Virus record (IMG/VR): IMGVR_UViG_3300010362_000012
Coordinates: 1-64,000 of that record
Strand: one strand, 5' to 3'
Length of the DNA stretch: 64,000 nucleotides
DNA from: a virus
Taxonomy: Duplodnaviria; Caudoviricetes
The translations under genes were made by a program, and so were the position numbers. The notes beneath the pieces are model-generated. The model searched no databases and was not told the DNA's origin. It saw only the letters and a list, made by a program, of their open reading frames with translations. This document shows, in pieces, positions 27,349-35,767 of this stretch (its first letter is position 1; each line of letters opens with the position of its first letter).

Positions 27349-29769
27349 CTACGTCCCCGGTCCCGCGCCGACGGCCGGCATGGCCGGCTGCGCCTGGTTG
27401 CCGATCGGCGCCGTATTCTGATTGCTGTTCGCCATCGCCAGGCCGGCGCCTTGCGGCGGGCCGCCCGGTTCGCCGGGCGCGGTGCGCGACGCCGGCGGCG
27501 GAATGTCCGCGGCGGCGAGGAAGGCCTGACGCACAGCCGGATCGGCGGCCATGTCCTCGCTGCCGAAGCTGTAGGAGATCTTCGGTTTCTCTGGCGGCGG
27601 CGTCGTGGCGTTGCCGATCTTCTGATCCATCTCGCCGAGATATTTCGCCACGAAGTACCGCGCCTTCGGAATCATCTTGAACAACTCGATGGCCTCGTCG
27701 CTGACCGCCCACTTGACGAGCTCGATGCGGTGGATGGGGACCTCGTACCACGGCTGCAAGACAAACGGGTAGGTCGGATCCGTGCTTGGATCCGGTGGCG
27801 GAGGCGGAATCCCTCCCTCCGCCCCCGCCGCCGGAGGTGCAGCCTGCGGAACGTACGTCAACGCAGCAGGCGTGCGAATCCAGTTCATGAACAGTTCCTG
27901 ATTCTGTAGCGCCGCCTGATGCTGATTGTCGGTCGCCGGAATCAGATCGGTCTGTCCGAGTTTCTGGTAGACCGCGTATTGCGTATCGGGATTGTTGATA
28001 TCGACGCCGCCGAGTTGTTTGAGATGCTCGATCGACGCGCGCTCGGCGAGCTGAGTTTTCGGCTTGGTGCTGCCGTCCGCCACTTCGAACGTGACCTCGC
28101 CGTCGAGATCCGCACGCTGGAAGGTCTGGAAGTTATACCCGCGGCCGGGCGTGATCACCGACTGCACGCGTTTCTCAGGACCGAATTCGCGTTCGATTTC
28201 AATCTGCGAGCGCGTCAGATCGCGGAACGCGAGCGCGCGCGATTTGAACGCCCCGGCGAAGCGCGCTTCGCCCGCCTCGACGAGCAACTGCATCGCGGAG
28301 AACGCTTCGACGTTCGGCGGTTTGCGTCCGCGCAGCACGTCGTTCGTGCCGAGCGCCGCGTCAATCTCCTCGCTGATCTGCAGCCGGAGCTGCACCCACG
28401 ACCGCGGCGGATCCTGGCCGGGCCACTGTTCCGGTTTGCCGCCGCCCGGCGCCGGCGCGTATTCGGCGATGAGGCCCGGCATGGCCGGCGAATCGCCGAG
28501 CCACTGGATGTCCTGGCCTTTGGGTTTCAAGATCTGCGGAATCGCCATCCGCGTCATCATCATCTCGACGATCGAGTCGAGGCGATTCAGCTGATCGAAC
28601 TTCCCCATCGCGGGATCGAGCGCGCCGGTGCCGAGCACGCGCCCGCCGACGTGTTCGTACGCTGCGTGGTGAAACGTCCAGAGCGGATTACCGTTCGCTT
28701 CGTGATACGGCAGTGGGCCGGGCAAGCCCTCCGTCTCCTCGAGATGGAGCACGACGGGCGTGCTGTCGCCGGCGACGCGCATCACGAACCCGTCGGGCCG
28801 CATCGGCGTCGGGCGTTCCCAGAGCTCGTATTCGGCGACGCCTTCTTCGTCGCCGCTGCCCGCGGCCGTGCCGAGCAGGTTCGGACTGAGCTCGGTCTGG
28901 AACGGCAGCGACTGGAAAATCTGCAGCGACCGCTCGGTCGAGGTTTTCGCGAACGTGATGCGCTTCACGTACGGCTCGAGCGCCGGCTGCGATTCATAGT
29001 AGGCCTTCGTGCGCCAGCGCATCCGGATCAGCCGATCGACGAGGCTCCAGCGTGGCCGCATGAAGGGGAACGCGACCTCGAGCGGCGAGAGCGCGGTGGT
29101 GACGGTGTGGCCGTTGGCGCGCACGTCCATCCGCGGCCGCCCGTCGGGACCGACCGCGCGCACAAACGGGCCGGGTTTGCCGCACATCGGACATTTCTGC
29201 CCGGCTTTCGCGATCACGTCGCTCGTCACTTCGTAGCCGCACGAGAGACAGCGTTCGAACGGCACTTGGAGGTACGTCCCGTCATCGTCGTAGCTGACGT
29301 GATAAATCACATTGCCCGTGACGATGAACCAGTAATCGCCTTCGTGCAGCACCTGGTCCATGTCGTTGGCGATATACAACACCGGCGCGAGTTTGTCGGC
29401 GGTCGTCGCCGTCGTCATCGACTGGACGTCGTTCTTCAACGGCCGCACGTCCACGCCCAACGTCGCCGCCGTGAACATCGCGCGGATTGCCTGCAGGCCT
29501 TCTTTCGGCTTGCTCGTCACCGGCCGCGGCACGCCCTTCGCGACGCGGCTGTCCATCCAACCGCCGTTGCGGTCGTAGACGCCGAGCCACTGGCGCATGT
29601 TGCAGTAGTGAATCGCGCGCGTCCACACGCGTTCATAGCGCCAGCGGTCGGCGAAACATTCGCGTTTGGCTTTGTCGAAGTGCTCGAGCAGCGGCCTGTC
29701 GGGATCCCCGGCGCCGCCGGGTGTCACGACGGCGGGAGCACGACCAAACGTCCCTGACGCGACCGCCAT
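27349..29769 (-). CDS. Portal protein (P22-like, long) with zinc-ribbon insertion
   Basis: 806 aa downstream of TerL; NMRQWL, RGRKPPNVEAFSAMQLL region, Pro-rich tail; CLSC...CPMC insert. Confidence 0.8.
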   Translation of the reverse strand: MAVASGTFGRAPAVVTPGGAGDPDRPLLEHFDKAKRECFADRWRYERVWTRAIHYCNMRQWLGVYDRNGGWMDSRVAKGVPRPVTSKPKEGLQAIRAMFTAATLGVDVRPLKNDVQSMTTATTADKLAPVLYIANDMDQVLHEGDYWFIVTGNVIYHVSYDDDGTYLQVPFERCLSCGYEVTSDVIAKAGQKCPMCGKPGPFVRAVGPDGRPRMDVRANGHTVTTALSPLEVAFPFMRPRWSLVDRLIRMRWRTKAYYESQPALEPYVKRITFAKTSTERSLQIFQSLPFQTELSPNLLGTAAGSGDEEGVAEYELWERPTPMRPDGFVMRVAGDSTPVVLHLEETEGLPGPLPYHEANGNPLWTFHHAAYEHVGGRVLGTGALDPAMGKFDQLNRLDSIVEMMMTRMAIPQILKPKGQDIQWLGDSPAMPGLIAEYAPAPGGGKPEQWPGQDPPRSWVQLRLQISEEIDAALGTNDVLRGRKPPNVEAFSAMQLLVEAGEARFAGAFKSRALAFRDLTRSQIEIEREFGPEKRVQSVITPGRGYNFQTFQRADLDGEVTFEVADGSTKPKTQLAERASIEHLKQLGGVDINNPDTQYAVYQKLGQTDLIPATDNQHQAALQNQELFMNWIRTPAALTYVPQAAPPAAGAEGGIPPPPPDPSTDPTYPFVLQPWYEVPIHRIELVKWAVSDEAIELFKMIPKARYFVAKYLGEMDQKIGNATTPPPEKPKISYSFGSEDMAADPAVRQAFLAAADIPPPASRTAPGEPGGPPQGAGLAMANSNQNTAPIGNQAQPAMPAVGAGPGT

Positions 29770-29770
29770 A

Positions 29771-30121
29771 TCACCTCGCCGGCGCCGGGAGTCGTCCGTA
29801 ATTCACCGTCCCATCCGGATGCCAGCCGGCGGGCGCGTGCGCGGGGTTGTCTTCGAAAATCCCCATCGCGGAGATCTGCTCGAGCAGATCGCTCGCGCTA
29901 CTCGCGGGCGTCGCGGCCGGCGTCACCTGGAGGGTCGGGACCGGGATGTCGATGTTCAGAATCTGCTTCAGCAGCAGCGCGCGTTCCGTCTCGAGCTGAT
30001 TGACGCGCGCGCAGAGGAAGGCGATGGTCGTTTGTTGCGTCTCGACGCGGCGGGTCAGTTCCTCACGGCGGGCGCGTTCAGCGGCGAGATCCTCGAGCAT
30101 CTTGAGGCGAGCGCCCCACAT
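29771..30121 (-). CDS. Coiled-coil hypothetical protein
   Basis: GAGGG RBS at ATG 30121 (alternative TTG 30148). Confidence 0.6.
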   Translation of the reverse strand: MWGARLKMLEDLAAERARREELTRRVETQQTTIAFLCARVNQLETERALLLKQILNIDIPVPTLQVTPAATPASSASDLLEQISAMGIFEDNPAHAPAGWHPDGTVNYGRLPAPAR

Positions 30122-30144
30122 GCCCTCGAATCGTACACCCGACG

Positions 30145-30618
30145 TCAATTCATCCGCTTGGACGGTTGAAACACCTGCTGCGCGAAGGCACTCACGCGCA
30201 TCAGTTCGCGCTGCTGATGGTCGCTCAGCGCGTCGAATTCCGCGCGAATCATCGTTCGCAGGCGCAGCAGGCCCGTCAGCGGATCGACGTCGAAGACCAT
30301 CGGCAATCCGCACGCGAGGCACCCGCAGACGTCGCCCGGTCCTGGGGTGCCGACCGATCCGTCGCTCGAGCCGATCGCGTCCGACTTGTGGCCGCAGCGC
30401 GGACAGTGGAAGACGGCTACACGCGTCACGTCGGGCTCGTCATCGACCCTGATCGCCACCTGCGGCCACGTCTCGCGTACGCGCTCGATGGCCGCGCGCG
30501 TCAGTGTCTCGCGATTCTCGCGCGTGTCGGCGTATCCTGCCGCATCAAGCATCTCCTCGATGACGAGATGCATCGCGCCGGCGTCGTCCTGGTAGACACC
30601 GTCGGTGATCTTCTTCAT
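30145..30618 (-). CDS. Zinc-finger protein
   Basis: CPRC...CGCLAC; ATGA overlap. Confidence 0.65.
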   Translation of the reverse strand: MKKITDGVYQDDAGAMHLVIEEMLDAAGYADTRENRETLTRAAIERVRETWPQVAIRVDDEPDVTRVAVFHCPRCGHKSDAIGSSDGSVGTPGPGDVCGCLACGLPMVFDVDPLTGLLRLRTMIRAEFDALSDHQQRELMRVSAFAQQVFQPSKRMN

Positions 30619-30992
30619 GGCTGCTGCTCGATCAGTTCGGCATGATCGGCCGTCGTCATGATCAGCAGCATCAGTTCTTCGATCGTGACCGTGTCGCCCT
30701 GGATCACGCGATGGAATTCCTCGACGTAGCCCGACTTGCCGATGTAGTCGAGGATCACCGTCCGCAGCGCGGCGAAGTGCTTCGGCTTGAACTCGCCCAA
30801 CATCTCGGCTGCCAGGATGAGCGGGGCAATCACGCGCGCACTGTCGTCGGTGAAGTGGACGCGCATGTCGTAGCCATCTTCGTCTGACACGCGCTCCAGT
30901 TGAATCGTGTCGCGCAACGTATCGAGCACGCGCCTAATGTGTGCCTCGAGCCGCCGCACGCGCATGTCGCGCATCGCTTCGATTTCGTTCAT
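30615..30992 (-). CDS. Hypothetical protein
   Basis: ATGA overlaps at both ends. Confidence 0.65.
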   Translation of the reverse strand: MNEIEAMRDMRVRRLEAHIRRVLDTLRDTIQLERVSDEDGYDMRVHFTDDSARVIAPLILAAEMLGEFKPKHFAALRTVILDYIGKSGYVEEFHRVIQGDTVTIEELMLLIMTTADHAELIEQQP

Positions 30993-32548
30993 GTGGTCCC
31001 CCAGAAGTCGCCGAGGCTGTAGGCTGCGACCTCCCGCGGCTCGTCGCGCTCGACGGAACGCAGGTATTCAATCTCCGCGCGCGTGCGCTCGTCGAGCTTC
31101 GACAGATCGCGTCCCTCCGGTTTCGGCGCGACGCCCGGCGGTTCCGGCCGCGACATCACGAGATAGCGCAGCGCCTTGGCCGCCTGCACCGGTCCGTCAT
31201 CGTCGAGATCTTCGGGATTCGCCGTCGCCTGCAGGAGCTGCGGCACGGTCCGGATGAGCGTCGAGCAGTCCGGACTCACAATCAGCGCCGGCTGCTCGCC
31301 GGCCGGCGTGATCATCGGCTGGAACCAGTGCTGGAGTCGTTGCCACCCGTTGATCGGATCGTGATCGGACCGGATCACCGGCACGCCGTGCAGGTAGAGC
31401 GTTTCGAACGTGTGCTCGCCGATTTCATCATCGGGAACGGTCTTCAGCGGGTTGCCCCACACCTGGCTCATCGTCAATTTCGATTGCGCGTTGATCAGGC
31501 TGATCGCTTTGGCGACATCGCTCGCGACCGTTTCGTTGAACGTGTGCTCGCGCTCGATGTAGAGCCGCCCGTCGGGCAGGACGACCGCCCAAAGCATGAT
31601 CCCCGGTCGGAAAAAGCCCCAGTGCAGGCCGCAGAGGCGCGGGACGTCGTGCGGCACATCGATGTGCTGCACGCGGTCGTGCCGGACGAAGGTTTTGAAA
31701 TATTGGCGCGGGAACACGTCGCGCCGGCCGAAGCGGAACATCGCGCGCCGCTCCGGTGAGAGCCCGGCCAGGTTTTGCACGTACCGCGGGTCCGCGTATG
31801 GGTTGTCCTCGAGTTTCGCGGCCACGAAGTGGTACTGCGACGGATCCCAGTCCGGAAATTTCGTGCGATCGAACGTTTTGTCGATGAACATCTCCTCGAC
31901 GAACGCCGAAAGCGGACCGCCAGGGTTTTCGCCGGCCAGGACGAGGCCGCGCCAGGTCGATCGCTTCCGCGTGCGGCCCGTCGAGGGCATGATCTCGACA
32001 AATTGGGTCTGTTCGAATTCCTCGAGCTGATCGAAGACGATCAAATCGACGTCGCCGCCGATGTAGGCCTTGTAGGCATCGGGTTCGAAGCAACTCCCCC
32101 ACGTCAGCTCGCTGTCGTTGTCCCAGACGACTGAGTTGGTCATGTACTTCGCGCCGATCTGCTTGGTTTCGCGGATCGCGTAGCGCATGTGATTCAGGCG
32201 CAGCTCCGGCATGGTGCGCCGCAGGAACAACACGCTGAAATTCTCGAATTTGCCGCAGTAGCGATACGCGACCATCCGTAACAGATGCGATTTCGCCGAA
32301 TTCCGATGCCCGCCGATGGCGATCGCCGCGTACTGCTGCGATTCGATCGCGTCGAGGAGCTCGACTTGCTTCGGCAGCGGCAGAAAAAACAGCCGCTTGT
32401 CGGTGGTGAGCTGTTTGTACGCGAGTTGGCGCTCGAAACACTCGTCGGTCGGGCACGCCCAGGCGGCGACGCGGTCCACCGTGCGCTGAATGAATTCGCT
32501 GTCGCAAAAACAGCAGCGAAATTCCGGCACCCAGCCGAGCGTCGTCAT
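30989..32548 (-). CDS. terL: Terminase large subunit with degenerate nuclease active site
   Basis: Walker A GGHRNSAKS, LRRTMPEL, Walker B LIVFDQLEEF, NPGG, LEDNPY, GWQRL, CSTLIR, ALRY; start set at ATG 32548 (ATGA overlap). Confidence 0.9.
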   Translation of the reverse strand: MTTLGWVPEFRCCFCDSEFIQRTVDRVAAWACPTDECFERQLAYKQLTTDKRLFFLPLPKQVELLDAIESQQYAAIAIGGHRNSAKSHLLRMVAYRYCGKFENFSVLFLRRTMPELRLNHMRYAIRETKQIGAKYMTNSVVWDNDSELTWGSCFEPDAYKAYIGGDVDLIVFDQLEEFEQTQFVEIMPSTGRTRKRSTWRGLVLAGENPGGPLSAFVEEMFIDKTFDRTKFPDWDPSQYHFVAAKLEDNPYADPRYVQNLAGLSPERRAMFRFGRRDVFPRQYFKTFVRHDRVQHIDVPHDVPRLCGLHWGFFRPGIMLWAVVLPDGRLYIEREHTFNETVASDVAKAISLINAQSKLTMSQVWGNPLKTVPDDEIGEHTFETLYLHGVPVIRSDHDPINGWQRLQHWFQPMITPAGEQPALIVSPDCSTLIRTVPQLLQATANPEDLDDDGPVQAAKALRYLVMSRPEPPGVAPKPEGRDLSKLDERTRAEIEYLRSVERDEPREVAAYSLGDFWGTT

Positions 32549-32664
32549 GATCGGCTCGTGATCCGCCTGGTGATCAAGACGAAACAGTGTACGCACCAGC
32601 CGTGATGCCACGTCCAACGGTTGCAACGTGGACAGAGAATCTCGTCGCGGTCATTGGCGCTCAT
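32545..32664 (-). CDS. 39-aa zinc-knuckle peptide coupled between nuclease and TerL
   Basis: MSANDRDEILCPRCNRWTWHHGWCVHCF...; ATGA overlaps on both sides. Confidence 0.55.
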   Translation of the reverse strand: MSANDRDEILCPRCNRWTWHHGWCVHCFVLITRRITSRS

Positions 32665-33173
32665 GTTTCGAGGATCGGCATCCCGTACTGCGCTTCGAAG
32701 TGGCGGCGCGATCGTCGATAGAGCTTCGTCTTCACGCCCTTCGTGTCTTCGGTCACGAACGCGACCTCGCCGGCGCGACGATACACGAAATCCGCGATCC
32801 ACTTGCCGACGACGTGCGTGCGGCCATCGACGATCGACACGACGGTGAGATCGTATTCGACCTGGCACTGCAGATCGCTGATCGCCTTCGCCTGCTCGAG
32901 CCGCTTGAGCTCGAGATAGCGCCGGCCTTCCTTCGTCGAGGCGAACCAGAGGCCGACGATCGCGCAGCGCGCGGCGCGTTCTTTCAGCGTGCCCGTGCCG
33001 ATGCGTTGCTGAGCGAATTCTGCGGTGGTGATGTCGGCCGCGGTGAATAGCGTGCCGTCAGGTGTGACGATGCAGGGCTCGGCGCGGTACTTCTGCCGTG
33101 CCTCAGCAGGCCTTTGTTTCGGCGCGGCGAGGCGGGCGAGATCGGTCGGCGTGACGCGTTCCCACCCGCGCAC
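32661..33173 (-). CDS. DUF1064-like PD-(D/E)XK nuclease
   Basis: KYR...FAS.KEGRRY.ELK.LE.A..ISDL, WIADFVY, EDTKGVKT.LY. Confidence 0.8.
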   Translation of the reverse strand: MRGWERVTPTDLARLAAPKQRPAEARQKYRAEPCIVTPDGTLFTAADITTAEFAQQRIGTGTLKERAARCAIVGLWFASTKEGRRYLELKRLEQAKAISDLQCQVEYDLTVVSIVDGRTHVVGKWIADFVYRRAGEVAFVTEDTKGVKTKLYRRSRRHFEAQYGMPILET

Positions 33174-33176
33174 GGA

Positions 33177-33371
33177 TCACGCTGCGCTCGCGCCTTCAGC
33201 CGGCGATGGCGTCTCTGGCGTCCGAGTCAACCGCTTCAGTTCGCGTAGCAACATCCGCCTAACCTGAGCTGTTCGCGAACGGTCGCCTTCGGCAGCCAAC
33301 GCATCGACCTTGTCGAGCAGTTCGGCTTCCAGTCGGAGGTAGAGGGTCTTACGCGAGGTGTTACGCGCCAT
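33177..33371 (-). CDS. Ribbon-helix-helix (CopG/Arc-like) transcriptional regulator
   Basis: KTLYLRLEAELLDKVDALAAEGDRSRTAQVRRML. Confidence 0.8.
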   Translation of the reverse strand: MARNTSRKTLYLRLEAELLDKVDALAAEGDRSRTAQVRRMLLRELKRLTRTPETPSPAEGASAA

Positions 33372-33520
33372 AGTGAGTCAGATTCTATAACACGAATTAA
33401 CAACAGTACCGGACAATCTGACATTGAGTCAGGATTGTGGTATTGTGCCCGCCAATGTCTTCGCCCCAAGGGGTTGTGTCAGCCGAAAAATAACTGGTAA
33501 ATAACCCAGTTTCTTTCCAT
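33372..33520. promoter_or_regulatory. AT-rich divergent control region
   Basis: + strand CTGACA-N17-TATTGT (33418-33446); - strand TAGAAT 10 nt before ATG 33371; repeated TGAGTCAG and imperfect inverted repeat acaatctgac/gtcaggattgt. Confidence 0.6.
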
Positions 33521-33715
33521 GAAACGGAGCGGTAACGTGTGCAACTCGCGAGTTTCGGCTAGGTGTTTACGGTCCCGGCTGGTCCCCTCCACTCGCCGCC
33601 GGACCCCCATCGCCGCCTCTCAGGCGGCATCTGCCGCGCACATGGCCCACAGGTGTGGCACGCCTGGCACTTTCCGTATCGGCGGACAGCCTTGTTCGCT
33701 GCACACCGGTCAAGC

Positions 33716-34426
33716 ATGACCGACACTGCTGACCCCCCGCGCCGCGAGCCGCAGTGGGGACGGACGTACCAGTGGGTGATCAAACAATGCCGCGGTAAAC
33801 CCCTCGCCGCCCACCTGTACAGTCATCTCGCGTCCACCTACGGCTATCGCCATCGCACCTTTCATCCCGATCGCCAGCGACTCGCCGCGGAACTGGGCTG
33901 CAAGTCCGTCCGCACGATCGCCCGCGCGCTCGATCATCTGCGCGACATCGACGCCATCCGCACGACCGAACGCCGGCGCGACGGGAAAAATGCCGCGCTC
34001 CTGATCGAGCTCGTCGGGATCGACTACTTTCGGGAGGCTCCCAAGCAGGAGGACTCTACAGTCCCTCTGGCCGAGCAGGGGGACTCTACGATCCCTCTGA
34101 AAGGGCGTTCAGAGGGACTTGAAGTGGGGTTTCAGGGGGACTCTAGAGTCCCCGCACGTAACAGATCGATCTGTACAGATCTAAATACTAAGAACCCCCC
34201 TACCCCCCTTAAAAGGGGGGACCCCCCCGAAACAACCCCCCGCATCACCAGAGACGACCGGAACCGAGCGGCCGAAGTGATGAAACTGCGCTTAGGACGC
34301 TGCCTGGGTCACGACCCGCCCTGCCGGTCACCGGCGGAGTGTCGGGCGAAGTTGGCCGCCGAGTACGCCGTGAATCGCGTCGAGCTCGAACGCGAGAGCT
34401 TGCACGCCGCGATGGGTGTGCGGTGA
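33716..34426 (+). CDS. HTH replication initiator (lambda O / replisome-organiser-like)
   Basis: LYSHLA...FHPDRQRLAAELGCKSVRTIARALDHL; iteron-rich middle region. Confidence 0.7.
   Translation: MTDTADPPRREPQWGRTYQWVIKQCRGKPLAAHLYSHLASTYGYRHRTFHPDRQRLAAELGCKSVRTIARALDHLRDIDAIRTTERRRDGKNAALLIELVGIDYFREAPKQEDSTVPLAEQGDSTIPLKGRSEGLEVGFQGDSRVPARNRSICTDLNTKNPPTPLKRGDPPETTPRITRDDRNRAAEVMKLRLGRCLGHDPPCRSPAECRAKLAAEYAVNRVELERESLHAAMGVR
34044..34195. repeat. Putative replication origin: three iterons plus AT-rich tract inside the initiator gene
   Basis: CAGGRGGACTCTANNNTCCC at 34046, 34076, 34133 (first two with 30-bp period; third contains 18-bp palindrome GGGGACTCTAGAGTCCCC), then AT-rich DNA. Confidence 0.7.
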
Positions 34427-34686
34427 CGACGCGCCAGTGGGTCCGGGCAACCCGCAATCGCTTCTGCGGCCGATGCCGCGCCAAGATCCGGCGCGGGGAC
34501 GCGATGGTCGAGATCCGGATGCACCAGGTCACGCGCGCGCTCGTGCGTTGTCCCGTCTGCGCGGACGCGGCGGTTCCGGATGATCTGCCGCCGCTCCCGG
34601 ATCCGATCGCGCCCTTCAGTCCAGCCCCTTTTCCGGTCGGGGCCGTCAGCGCCGGCCGGCGCGGCCGATACGGAGAAGACACATGA
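34423..34686 (+). CDS. Zinc-finger protein
   Basis: CGRC...CPVC; GTGA overlap. Confidence 0.6.
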   Translation: MTTRQWVRATRNRFCGRCRAKIRRGDAMVEIRMHQVTRALVRCPVCADAAVPDDLPPLPDPIAPFSPAPFPVGAVSAGRRGRYGEDT

Positions 34687-34832
34687 CCATCGCCCTCTGG
34701 ATGTTCAACAGCGCGATCGTGATCGGGCTCGTCGTCTGGTGGCGCGCGCGGCGGGGGAGTCGCGACTCGGAGCTCCGCGTGCTCATGACGCGCAAGCGTG
34801 TGGCGGAAATGTGCGACCGCGACGTGCATTGA
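34683..34832 (+). CDS. 49-aa single-TM membrane protein
   Basis: MTIALWMFNSAIVIGLVVWWRARR...; GGAGA RBS; ATGA overlap; not in ORF track. Confidence 0.55.
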   Translation: MTIALWMFNSAIVIGLVVWWRARRGSRDSELRVLMTRKRVAEMCDRDVH

Positions 34833-34862
34833 CAATGCGCGGTACGATCAGCCGGGGCGGTG

Positions 34863-35162
34863 ATGCAACTGTCCGAACGACCCGTCCGCGATGCGTGGCA
34901 AGTGCTGCACGAGACGGGCCTGCTGGGCATCCTCATCGCGATCCTGATCGGCGGCTGGAAAAAGTGGTGGATCTTCGGCTGGCAACATCGCGAAGTGATC
35001 GACATGCTGAACCAGCACCATGACGAGGAACTCACCCGCGTGTCGGCCGATCGCGATGACTGGAAGCGGATGGTGCTGGACGCGCCACGCCGCGACGTGT
35101 GGGACGACAACAAACGGCGCGCCGCGCAAGCGGCCCGCGAAGCCAGAGGAAGTGCCGCATGA
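34863..35162 (+). CDS. Putative holin-like membrane protein
   Basis: TM GLLGILIAILIGGW followed by charged helix ending DRDDWKRM. Confidence 0.5.
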   Translation: MQLSERPVRDAWQVLHETGLLGILIAILIGGWKKWWIFGWQHREVIDMLNQHHDEELTRVSADRDDWKRMVLDAPRRDVWDDNKRRAAQAAREARGSAA

Positions 35163-35506
35163 CGAAGCACGCCGCTCCGAAACCGACCGATGACGCGACC
35201 ACGGCAGCCGAGGCCGCGCCGCGCGCGATCGAGGCGGTCGCGAAAGACAAATGCGTCGAGCAGTTCGACGGCTACGTCACGGTGACGATCGACGATGATC
35301 CCACGATCAGGCGCGGCGACGGATCGCCGGCCGAAGTCGGCGACGTGCTCAGTGTGCAACCCGATGGCACGCTGCAAGCGCGCGAATCGGGCGCGAACGG
35401 CGCGTACGAGCTCGCGAAACCGAGCGGCAACTGGCTCGTCTACCGCCCGATCGTCGGCGGCAAGGCCTTTCTGATTCCGCTCGCCACCGACTGGCCGAAC
35501 GTATGA
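35159..35506 (+). CDS. Hypothetical protein with beta-rich C-terminal domain
   Basis: GAGGA RBS; ATGA overlap. Confidence 0.65.
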   Translation: MTKHAAPKPTDDATTAAEAAPRAIEAVAKDKCVEQFDGYVTVTIDDDPTIRRGDGSPAEVGDVLSVQPDGTLQARESGANGAYELAKPSGNWLVYRPIVGGKAFLIPLATDWPNV

Positions 35507-35763
35507 TCACGGCCCTTGCGACTGGCGACGATGGTAAACAGATCATCGTGCTCGGACTGTCGTACGAGAACCTGAAGCGGCTCCGCGACGGAAAACCGAT
35601 TCACGTGCGCTCAGATGTCCACGCGGGATTTCCGGAAAATCTCGCGATCATGATTTTCGCCGGCGCGACAGAACGCGCGATGGCCGAGCAACTGCAACCC
35701 TTGATTTCCGCCGCGACGAAGGTCATCGCCGTGCCGAGAGATCACGACAAGCCGAAAGGGTGA
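35503..35763 (+). CDS. Hypothetical phage protein
   Basis: LGLSYENLKRLRDGKPI motif; ATGA overlap. Confidence 0.65.
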   Translation: MITALATGDDGKQIIVLGLSYENLKRLRDGKPIHVRSDVHAGFPENLAIMIFAGATERAMAEQLQPLISAATKVIAVPRDHDKPKG

Positions 35764-35767
35764 AGCG

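Noticed and set aside
4605-29757. Long opposite-strand ORFs (4605-6131, 8991-11417, 14239-16509, 27919-29757 and similar)
   Set aside because: Arg-rich shadow frames of real high-GC genes; no RBS or motifs.
33519-33719. 66-aa ORF with ATGA overlap to the initiator (possible Cro-position gene)
   Set aside because: No HTH/RHH pattern, low coding bias and no clear RBS; left unannotated.
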